Source: a virus
Taxonomy: Duplodnaviria; Caudoviricetes
Length of the DNA: 64,000 nucleotides
Strand: one strand, 5' to 3'
Virus record (IMG/VR): IMGVR_UViG_3300031949_000016
Coordinates: 22,692 to 86,691 of that record
The notes under the pieces are model-generated. The model searched no databases. It was not told where the DNA came from and saw nothing but the letters and a program-made list of their open reading frames with translations. Shown piece by piece: positions 8,901 through 20,900 of this stretch. The first letter of the stretch is position 1. Each line of letters opens with the position of its first letter. The position numbers and the translations under genes were made by a program.

Positions 8901-11900
8901 CATCGACCACATCGCCCCGCTCCGTCTCCGGCAGCGCATCCACGAACGCCCTGACTGCATCAATGTTCGCCGGCGACCGCAGCGCCTGCTCGATCGTCTG
9001 GCTCTCCCCGATCGTCAGACTGTTCAGGATGACGGGCGATAGAATCCGCGCATCCCGCTGCGCCAACTCGCTCGCGCTCATCGCCGCGCTCGGCGTCACA
9101 TTCGCCGCGCGCGCAAACTCCATCCTCTCCGCAATGGCATCCTGAGCGGAGCGGAGCGCAGTCGAAGGACGCTCCCTCACCAGCACCGGCCTTGTCATCT
9201 GCCCCACCTGCTCCGGTGCAAACCCATACTCTCCCGCTCTGGCGATCAGTTTATCCCGATAGTCCGCATACTTCTCCGGCGCGTTGTCCGCCACCATCCG
9301 CAGCGCCAGCGTCCGCCCGTTCCCGCTCTCCACCACGCCGTCCGCGCCAACGATGGGCGCTCCACGATCGATACTCCTCACATCGTCAAGGTAAGCTGCC
9401 GACTCGAACTTGCTCGCAATCTCCCGCACCTGCAACATGTTCACCGCGTTCGCCCGATCGCGTGGTTGCAGTTCCGGCGGATACGCCGCGTTCACGTTGC
9501 CCACGCTGTCGTGACTGGCGATCAAGTCGTCCATCTCCACCAACCGCCAGCGCAAATCGTATGTCTTCGTTGGGTCGGCCCCGCGCGCCGTCGTCGTTCC
9601 GCCCATGAACCCCCGCCCGTTCGGCGCTGGTATCCCCATCACCGCCGCCGGCACCGGATCGCCCACCTGATACAACACCTGCCGCGGCGTCTGTTCGATC
9701 GGCGACTCCACTTGATCGTCGGCCAAATCCTCCGCCTTCATCGACGCTTCCGTGTCGGCGTTCACGCCGTCCACCTCGGCCACCTTCTCCGCCGCCACCG
9801 TCTGCAGGTTATCCATGTACGCCTGCAACTCCGGCATCCGTACCGACAACTTCTTCCACTCATCTTCCTCTGGGAACGTCTCGCGCAGCCCGGCCTCCGC
9901 TGCCGCCACGCTATTCCGCGCCGCCGTCGCATTACCGCTTGCGGTCTGTGAGGCGATAGTGATGTCGTCGGCAACGTTGCGATTTACAATCTGCCCGACC
10001 GTGACCGCGTTCTCTTCACCCAGCCAGAAGCCGCCCATCCGCCGGTAGATGATGGTCGGATCATCCCGAAACGCAATCTGCACATCGAACCACGGCCGAT
10101 CCACAATCCGCTTGCCGTCCCGATACTCGTTCCGTCGCGCCGTAACCTTGACCTCGAAGCCGCTCGACGTGTCGCCAATCGTCCGCCACACCGCGCCCAG
10201 TTGCTTCGCGTTCTCCTCATTCATCGCCTCGAAATTCTTCTTCACGTAGGCGATCACTTCGTCGCCGGCCTCGCCTACCTTCTCGATCGCCTTCCCGTTC
10301 AGCGTCGCCCCGAACTTCTCCGCGCGCCTGGCCGCCACCTTCTCCGCCGTTGCCGCATACTCCGCCGCCTGCTTCTCGTAGAACGGGATGTCGCTCTGCG
10401 CCCGCGCCAATCGCCGCTCGTAACTCTTCTGCCGGTCGGCAAACTCGTTGCGCGCCATCTCCAGCAGCGTGTACCGGCTCGACACGTCCACGTATTCCAG
10501 CGCGCGCGGGTCGTTCCACGTCGAGACGTAGGACATATCGAAGCCGCTCGCGCCCGCGTCCGGCGTCTCGAACGAATCGATCGTCACATCTCCGCTGAAG
10601 ATCTGGTTCATCAGCTTGGCCTTGTTGACGATCAAGTTCCAGTTGAAACTGTCGCCGGAGTTTTCCAGCATGTAGCGGTGAATCTGTACGCTCTTGTCCC
10701 ACGCCTTGTGCAGGTTCCCCGGCCGCAAGATGCGACCCTCACTTTGCGTCAACTCACTCGGCTTGTACGGCACATCCACTTCATGCACCGCAAATAAGCG
10801 CCGCTGTAAGTTCACGCCCGTCCCCAGGCCCTCGTAAGTCCCGAACACGATGCGCACCTTGCCGTCGTTCACCGCCTCAAATAACTCGCGCCGTGCCGCC
10901 ATCGCCTTCGCCACCGCCTTGTCACTCGCCCCGCCCAGTGGGTAGTCCTGGATGTAGGCGATCTCTTCTTTCGGCACGCCAGCCTTGATTAATTTGTCAC
11001 GCACGTCGTTGTAGATGCTCAACTTCAGCCGCGCCGCCGCGCCTTCCTCCGCCGCCATCGTGTGCTCGTACACCCCGCGATTCAGGAAGATCAACTGCGC
11101 GCCGTTGTAGTCCTGCGTCTGCTTGTAAATCTCATCCACGTTCTTGACCAGCGTGTTGACCTTGCTATCGCCCGCATCGGCCGCCGCCGCGTCGTACAGC
11201 CGGATGTCCAGCGCCACGTCTTTGGCATCGTTCATAATTGTAAAGGCGTAATCCTCCGCCTTCTCGCCAGGACGCGGCGGTTTAATATTCTTCCACCGCC
11301 GTTGAAAGTCCTCGTTCAGCCTGATCTGATACTCCGTCTGCGGGATCACATGGTTGATAATGTCGAACGCGGGCCGCTCCAAACTCAGCATGTCCGCCGT
11401 CTGAATGTCTGAAAACTCGAACAGCAGCGGCAGCAGCGCCCGCCCGTTCTGGTATTCTCGGAATCGGTTGACGCGCGTCCAGGCCCCGCCTGTCGCGCTG
11501 CGTTCCGGCCGGCCGTAGATGTTCGCAAACATCGCCGCCCACGCATTGAACGACTCAATGCCCATCGCCTTCAAGCGGTCGCTGTACAGGTACTTCATCA
11601 TCGTGTACAGTTCGCTGCCGCTGTTGCTGAGCGGCGTACCGGTCGCAAACGTGCTGCCCCCGCCCCGGCTCTGCAGGTACTTCAACTTCATATACAGGTC
11701 TTCGGCCCGCTGGCTGCTCTTGCCGGTGCTGCCCAGCCCGCGCACGTGCGTCGCCATGTTCGTGTCGATCGGCAAATTCTTGAACTTGTGCGCCTCGTCC
11801 ACAAACATCTGGTCCACGCCCAAATCTTCAAACGTCAAGCCCCGATCGCGCCGCGCCTCCAACTTCAAGAACTGCTCCTCGACCTTCGCCTCTTTCCGGG

Positions 11901-14900
11901 CGATCGCCTTCTCCTTCTCCTTGACGGTCTTCCCTTTCTTCCTGGAAACACGCGCCTCTTTCGCCGCTTGTTCGGCCGCCGCCTTCTCCGGCGTGCGCAG
12001 TTGTTCCCCCTCCTTCTCGATCTGATTTTTCAATCTCCGGATCGACCGATCGAGCGCTGGGTCTTGCTGCCGCAGGTCTCGCTCACTTCCGTAACTCGCC
12101 GCCTGATCGTTTAACTCGTCCAGCAATATCTTCAGGCTGTCGATCCGCTCCTGCTTGTAGGCATTGAACGTCTCGTCGCGCACCGGAATCAGCGTAAAGG
12201 TCGAGTGCGGCACCAGCACCGCGTCATACTCACCCGCCGCGATCTTCGCCATCATCAGCGTTCGCCTCGCCTCGTCGCTGATGTCGCGCGCCGTCAGTTC
12301 CAGGATGTTGGCCGTCGGGTACATCTGGTGGAACTCTTTCGAGAAGTCGGTGTAGTTATCTTTCGGCACCACGTACATCAGGTTGTGGCGCAGCCCCATC
12401 CGCCGCTGTTCCATGCCGATCCCGATCATGATCCGCGTCTTGCCCGCGCCGACATCGTGGAACAAGCCAAAGTTGGGCGTATGCACGCCGCGCCAGATCG
12501 CCGTCAACTGTGCGTCTCGCAGCGGCTCGATCGTCTCGCTCATCCCCGGTAATCGCTGGTCGGGGTAGACCTTTCGCCCATCGTACTTCCGGTTCACGTT
12601 CGACGTAAAGGTGTCGTTGTACGTCTTCTCCAAATCGGCCCGCCGCGCCTCGTCCGTCCACACCCACTTGTCAAACTCGTTCTCGATGCGGGTGGCTACC
12701 AGTCGCGCCGCTTCTGTCTCTTTCGCATTGATGACACTAACCTCTACACCCGCGTCATTCTTGTAGGTATCCCGCACCTCGATCTTGCGCCCGCTCAGAA
12801 TCGAATCCACTAAATCAATCCCGCTGCGCCGGTTCGTGCTCCACTTCGCCGCCATCTGGTTCGATCCGCGCGCCCATTGTGGTGCCGCCATCACCCAATC
12901 GCCCGTCTCTGGAATGTAGCGCAGCCATTGAGCGCGCGTCGCGTCGTAGCCATAGTTCGCCAGATGCGCCACAAACTCCTGCACGTAGGCCGGTTTGATC
13001 CAGCCCGCGCCCAATTTCACCTTCATCTTGTCGTAGCCGATCCAAGCCGGCTGCGCCTTCTGCAATGCCGCGACGTTGCGATCGTAGTCGGGGTCGGCCT
13101 TCGCCAGCAGTTCCGCCTGCGCCAACTTCTGCCGCACGTTCCCGCTCAGGTATTCGTCGTCCGTCACCCACCCCGCTTCCGGGTCGTGATACACCAACGC
13201 CCCTAATTCGTCGGCCAAGGTCTGTACATCCTTGCCCGTCATGCGCGTCATCTGGTCGAAGTCCACGCTGCCCCTCGTCAGCAACGAGATCGCCAGCGCG
13301 TCGTGTGCATTCTCCGCCGTCGTCGGCAACCCGCGCGGCTTGATCTTCGTCAGCAGCGTTTCCTTTTCGATCTTGCCGGTGGTCTCGTTCACCTTCTCCA
13401 ATGACAACATCAGCGGATAGTCCGGGTCATCCGCGAACAGCCGCCGATTCGATCGCTCGTTGAAGCGGCCATGCTTCTTGACGTAGGCATCATACGCCGC
13501 GTCGAGTGATTGCTGTGCCGATCTCACATCCGTCTCTGGCCGGGCCTCGCGCAGCGCATCGATCACGTTCTGGTACGCATCCCGCACCGTCACGTAATCC
13601 GGGTATCTCGCCAATGCCTGATCCCAATCGGCCGGCTTCACATCGGCTGGCTTCTCCAAACCCTTTAGCGTCCCCTCCACCGTGTACTGCCGGATCTGCC
13701 CCTGGTCGTTCTTATAGATCGCGTTCGGCTTGCGCCGCTCGCCCGCCGCCCCGCGCTTCCGGCCAACGATCTCCGCCTCCATCTCGGTCGGCAGCAAGTG
13801 CGTCCGCGTCCGAATCACATCCTCCGGCAGCCGATCGATCGTCTCATTCAACATGCGTGGCAAATCGTCGGGGTTGTCCAGTTTCAACGTCAACTTGGCG
13901 ACGGCGTTCATATCCTTCTGGAAGTCTGTCTTACTCCGAAGACTGTATTCATCGAACCGCTTGTACATCGTGGACTCGGCGGCATTGCCGATCATCATCT
14001 CTGGATGATCGCGGTAGTATTCGTTGATCTGGTAGACCTTCCCATCCTGGCCCGTCCAGTCCACCACCTTGAACCACTGGGTATCCGTTGGCGTGTCGCC
14101 GATCAGCCGCTTGCGCAGGAAGATCACGTCCGTCATCACCTCGGTGCCGGCATTCTGCTTAAAGGCCGTATCTGGCAATCGAATCGCCCCTACAAAATCA
14201 GCCCCGTTCGTATGCAGCCATTCGCGCACTCGTTGGCTCGTCGGCGCGTCCATCGTGAACGAACTCGTGATGAAGGCGATCATCCCGCCCGGCCGCACTT
14301 GATCCAACGCCTTGGCGAAGTAGTAGTTGTGGATCGACCCGCGCAGCCAGTGCGGGCGACTCAGAAACTCAGCATCCGCCACACCGAAGTTTCCGAACGG
14401 CACATTGGAGATTGCCAGGTCGAAGTAGTTCTTGGGCAGAGGGAGATCCTGATACGGCGAGATGTGATTGCCGGTGCCCTGATACAACTGGTTCAATATC
14501 CGGCCCGTCAGCGTGTCCATCTCGACCGTTACGACTTTTGACTTGGCGAACAGTTCCGGCGGCATCGCGCCGATGAAGTGGCCCACGCCGGCCGCCGGTT
14601 CGAGTACCTTGCCGCCGTCGTAGCCCATCCGCTGCACCGCCTGCCACATCCCGCTGATGACATCGAACGAGGTGTAGTGCGCGTTCGTCGTGCTGGCCCT
14701 GGCCGCGGCGTATTCCTCCGGCGTCAACAGATCCTTGACTTCGGTGTATTGGTCATACCACTCGTTATTTAGATCGCGGCGTGTCTTGTAGTCCCAGTGG
14801 GTTCGCGCAGCGTTCTTGTTGTCGAAGACCTCGGCCAATCCACCCCAGCCGACGTAGCGCACCAGCACCTCTTGTTCTTCGGGTGTGGCCTTGCGCCCTT

Positions 14901-17900
14901 CCGCCTCAAGTTGTTTCAATAAGCGAATGGCTTCGATGTTTTCGCGGTACTTCGTCTTCTTCCCGCCCGCGCCGAGGTGATCGGATGCGGTGATGTGGTA
15001 GTTGTTGCCGGTCGCCGCCTGCGGGGTATTGCGGGCGTGCACGACCGGCGGCAGGGTTGCCCCCTCTCCCTCATAGGGAGAGGGCTGGGGTGAGGGTGCT
15101 ACTCGCTCAGGCTCGGCTCCGGCAACTCCTCCGGCTCCGGCGCGTCTTCCAGCGGCCAGTCCGCCTTCACCAACTCCAGCGCCTGGTCGTAACTCCGTCC
15201 CTGGCTCATTAACTCCGCCAACTGGTCCTTCGACCGCTGCGCCAGGCTCGACACCAACGGCAGCAATTGGCCGTCCTGCTCCCACTGGTCCACCACCTCC
15301 GGCCGGTGGAACCACCACATTTCCAATATCTCCTGGCCGAACGGGGATAGCCTCCGGTATAAGTCCTGCAACTTCGGTGGTAGTGGGTTCCAATCGTTGA
15401 GCATTGATGACCCCCTCAAATTCCTTACGGTAGCTGTCGATCACCTTACGACGGAAGCCGCCCATCTGCTGCTGGCCGACTTCGGTGAAGTCACCCGCCG
15501 TCGCCGGCTTCCAACTGCCCGTCGCCCGATACTCGACTAAGGGCGAACTCGTCCAGTTCCCGACCGGCATCTCGTCTTCCCACCGCTTCACGCGCATGAT
15601 GTCGTTCTTCGCGCGGATGTAGGCGGGGCGTTCCGTAACAATTATATCACCGCTCGGCGTCACCTCACCGGTCAAATGTGTGACAGTTTCCTGAACAGGT
15701 ACAGCCTCTGTTGTTACATGGGTAAGTTCATCTTCGTTAAATGAATAGGTTCGCTCCGCTAGATTCAGACCTTTCGGTTCGACCATGACGCGCCCATTGT
15801 CCGCGTATCCAGTCACGACATACGATTCCATAGCGCCACGATTAACAACATCACCAACATTAAACTTATGTGCTACTGGAACCGCCGCCGCCTCATTCAA
15901 TTGCCCGGCCACCCGTTCCGCCTCAGCCTGTGTCACATCCTGAATAAATGATCCACCCTGCTCACGATCTAGAACAGCGTATAGCCTTGTCCGAGAATTA
16001 CGCACCACCTCATAGCGTGCCGCCACCGGCACAGCCTCCGCCTCAGTGATCAGTCGATCCTTATTGACCACCCTCTGAATCGCGGCCGATAATTCCTTAG
16101 AGGTATCAACCCGTGACGTACTCACGTCGCCCTTGCGCGTGTCGTAGGTCATGTATACACGCTCGCCCGACCTTGACCGTGTATCGTGATAAACCCTAAG
16201 ATACCCGCTGTCTGATACGTAATCTTCATTGAACCACTCCGGCGGCTTGAATGCCGGCGCAACTCCCTCTCCAAGCAAGGGAGAGGGCTGGGGTGAGGGT
16301 GAAACCTCTTCCAGTTTCGGCGTCTCCTTCAGGAAATATTGTGCCTGCTCGACCAGCTTCTCATTCGGCATCGCCAATAACTTATCGTAGAACTCGCCCA
16401 CGTCCTTATTCTGCCGAGCCATGTGACGGGCGATCAACTCCTCGCGCGTGTCGACCAGCGTGCCATACGTCTGTCCCTCTGGACTTCGATACGCAAAACC
16501 GTCCACCCGCCACTCACTTGTGCCCTCTACCCCCCTTGGAAAGAAATCATTCCGATACCAGTTACCATCATCACCCTTACGGGATGTTACTTCGACAATA
16601 TCCGGCGCCCGTGCCCGTGTACTATCCGCAATCCTACGCGCGATGTTCTCGCGTCCGGCCATCACTCCCTCGCCCCCGAAGGCCCCAGTTCTTGCGGGGT
16701 AGGGAGAGGGTTGGGGTGAGGGTACAACTTCCGCCGGCGTCACCGGCCTCGGCTCCACCATCTCCACCCGCTCTAACGGCACATTCTCAATCCGGCCAAT
16801 CGGAACACCCCGCACCGCCACGATCTGATCGACGTTGACCGATACGTATGTGTCAGTACCGTACACGTTCAAATCAATCGTGCCCGTCAATTCCTTGCCG
16901 TCTCTCGTCGTCCACTTTACCCGATCGCCCTTCTGAAACGCCGTCTGCGCCACATGCCTGGGCGTCACCTGGTCAGGCAGTACCGCCCCCCGCCCCGCAT
17001 CCAGGAACTTCTGCACCTCCGCCACATCAGCACTTACCACTTCCAATTTACCACTTACTTCTCCCCCTTCCACCACCCCCGCGAACTTCTTCGCCGCCGC
17101 GATCGTCCGCTCGCTCTGCTTTGCCCACCACAACTTTTGCGGCTGGCTCCATCGGAATCCCGCTGCGTGCAATTCGTCCAGCGTCGCCTGATCCGGCTTG
17201 TCGTCAAAGATGATCTCGACGCCACTCTTCGCCTTGTTGTACTGCATCCGCACACCCGTCGCCGTCGCCACCGGATTGATCTGATCCGCCGCATTCACCA
17301 CCGGATCGGGTGTGATGTACTTCGCCGCCTCCTCTGGATTCTGTGCCGTCCACTCAGCAATCACGCGCCGCGCCTCAGCCGCCGACTTCTCGTAACCCTC
17401 TGCCTTGCGGATGTCCTCCGCTCGTGGGACTGGCGTTCGCCGTCGCCGTGCGCTGTCACGCGCGCTGCGGGCCTTCTTGAGATCGTATTGAATGATGCGC
17501 TCAAAATCCGCTGGATCGTGGGGCGTGCCATTCACTTCCGGCCACCTCACCACCGCCGGCGCTTCCCCAACCTCGTGCTGCAACTCGCCCATCCGTGCCG
17601 ATACATCCGTCCCAACATCCGTCTTAACCCGCACGTACACACTCTGCCCGGCGTCCGTCCCGTATATCGACTGCCATTGCAACGTATCCACGCTCGAAAT
17701 AACGCCGTGCTTCCCGTCCTGCAAGGAAACCCGATCGCCCACCTTAAACGCCTCATCGGGTGGATTCACCACGTCGGCGTGTACAGCCTCAGTCACTTCC
17801 ACTCGATCGCCGCTGGGCTGGATCAACTCCTCACCCACCTCCGCCGGCGAGACGCGCGTCTCCGGCTGGCTTGGCGCATACTCGACTTCCTTCGATTGCT

Positions 17901-20900
17901 TGATGTATCCCTGACCGTCGTCGCCTTGAATGAATACCCGCCCATCGGCTTCCACTCTACCGCTGGCCGTTCCCGTGCCATACTTCCCGGTCTCCCGGTC
18001 AACCCACTCCAGCCGATTCCCGCGCTCGCCCAGCCGTGAACCTCGCACGTATGGCGACTCAATCAGTTCGACCTGTGCCAGTTTCCATCCATACTCGTCC
18101 GCATACGCCGTCATCGTTGACTTGCGTGCCGCGCCCAGCCGTGTCCCCATCAGCTCTTCAAAGTCACGCGCCCGTATCTCCCGCCACTGCTTCGTCGCAT
18201 AGGGCTTACTCGGCTCATCGCTCCACGCCACAACCGGATCGCCGTTCTCGTCCCACCGCACCACCTTCCCGATGTCGCCGTTGTTCCGCACGAACACCGG
18301 ACGATCGGCCGCCAGGTTCGCCTCATCCCAACCCGTCAACCATTCCTTCCAGCCCTCGCTTGGCATCGTGCTCGGCGGCACCCGTGGCACGCCGCGCGCA
18401 AACGCACCCCGCCCGATCTCTCGTGCTGCCGCTACTGCAACATATCCCGTTGCGGCTTCGGCCTTCGTCACCAGAAACGGGTAATCCGCCAATACTTCGG
18501 CCGGAACAGGCAGACCTTTCTCAAGTGCATCCCCGACAGCCGCCTCGTGCTTCGCCAGCGTTAAGACTCTAGGATCATCGAACCCTTCGCCTTTTTCTAA
18601 CCACCCGTCACTACGACCACGCACATACTCAAGGGCTGCTTTTCTAAGTCGGGTCTCTCCCTCAGAGTCCTTGAATATATTCCACGGCTTAGATAGAAAC
18701 TCGATCGCGCTCTGGCCTTTCTTAAGATTCTTTATTCCGCCGCCTAGTACCCTTGAAACCCACTCGGCCTTTTTAGTGGCGACTCTCTCAAGCCACGGTT
18801 CAGCCGTAGCTTCATCTGGCTTGATGTATCCGATCTCGACCAGCTTATCTCGGCCAATACCCGCTACCGAATCTTCCACTTTTGCCAACGCTTGCGCTTC
18901 TCTCTGCTTACGAATGTCGCCCTGTAACCATTCATCACGCCTTATCTGCCACGGCTCTTTAGCCGCACCCGCCGCTACTTCCCCGCCGGTGGCAACACCA
19001 CCTCCAAATGCCCGCCCGCCTGCGCCAACCCCTGCGCCTTCAACTGGTTCAACCATTCCACCAGGTCGTTCCCCTCTGGCGCTGCGTTCTCCGCTGGCAA
19101 TTCGGGCGGCTTTGTCGGCGGCAAGTCCTGCTTCGGCAATGGTCGCATCTGTCCCGTACCCATAACTGAACCTCACTCCCGTTGCTTCGTGCGTGCTCCC
19201 GTCGGGATTCACCCAACGGACTGTGGCATGATTCAATCGGTCGCGCACCCGCTGCATCGCGGCCTGCGCCTCATCCACATTATCGAACTGCGCGTAAAAC
19301 TCGTCGCCTGAAATATGATAGGTTTCAATCCCTTCCTCACGCAGCGCCTGCGCCTTCGCCCGCAGCAGCGCATCGCCGGCCCCGTGCCCGAAGGTATCGT
19401 TCACCCACTTCAACCCGTCGACGTCAGAATGGACCTGAATCGCGCGCTTGGCCACCAGGTGATAAGCCGTCACGCTCGGCGCATTGCTCACCGGATTCAC
19501 CAATATCTGATCCCGAAGTATCTGGATAGCCTCGGCCCGATCCGCAGTAGTCATCTCATCGATCGACGCTCGCAACGCCACGTCCACCCGCTTGTTATCG
19601 ACCACCACCGGCACCAGATCGGATTGAACTGGCTTCACCCAACGTCGTTGAGCCTTCTTCTCAAGAACTGGATAATCCGCTAGAACCTCGGCAGGAACTG
19701 GTCGCCCGTCATCAATGGCCTTATTGACAGAACCCGCGTGTATTTCCTTGAAGTGCTCGATCTCTGTTTTTCTATCCTTTGTATCAAGGATGTCTGGACG
19801 GTCCCTGAATCTCTCAAGTTCTTCTTGCCAGCTATCCAACGCATATTCATCGCGCCGAATCTCCCACGGCGCTTTAGGCTTGACGAAGGTTGCTGGCACA
19901 GGTGCCACCTCACCAAACATCGGCCCCGCTTCCCTTTGCGGCTTTGCCCCTTTGCGTGAGACCGCCCCAAACTCCGGCCGCGTCTCAAACCCCGGCAATC
20001 GCTCAACCGGCACAGCCTCAGCCGGCGCAAACGACTCGACCACCCCACGCCGGCCAGCCCCGCTCACCAATGGCAAATCCTCGCCCAGCGGGAACATCGC
20101 AGCCTGTTGAGGCGATGTCCTGAACGCCTCCGCCCGCATCTGCTGGAACTGCGCCGCCACCTGCTCCGGTGCCTGAACCACCTCCGGCGCAACGACTGGC
20201 TCTGAAACAATCCCCGTCCTCTGGGGGGACGGTTTCATAGCCTCAATCTCCGCCGGCGTACTCGCCACCGCCGTAATATCCTTGCGTGGCACCGTGATCT
20301 CGCGCCCGCTATCCAGCACCAGCTTCGCCCGGCCCGGCGTGAATACGTCAATCACCTTCCCGATCTCGTCCAGCCCCGTCACTGCCACATGCGCGCCGAT
20401 CAGCGATCCGTCGCTTACGTCCGGCCCCGTGAACAAATCCGGGAACTTACGCTTGAGATTCGGATACTGCCCGTCCATCACCTCCGCTCGCACCGCTACC
20501 ACCTGCTCCAGATCGACCGCATCCCCGCGCCTGAACGCATCCAGCAGCGCACCCTCATACGTCATCCCCGTCTGCATCATCCTGCCGCCGCTGTCGAATG
20601 TTCCCGTATCCATCAACGGCGACACAATCGCCAGCACGGGGAAGCCGGCCTGCTTCGCCGCCGCCAAACGACGATGCCCATCCGTTACCACATGCCCGCC
20701 GTCGATGTGTTCCACCACACGAATTGGCGGAGCGTTCCTGCCTTCTCTCAGCCACGCCGCGTATCGATCCGCATCCCATCCACGACCCTGTTCGTTGCCT
20801 TCGACCATGTGCTCGGTCGGCCGCAGCGTATCAGGATCAAGCAAGCGCACCTGCTCGATCTCGTGCCCGTATATTCCGCCATACGCATCGTCAATCACCC

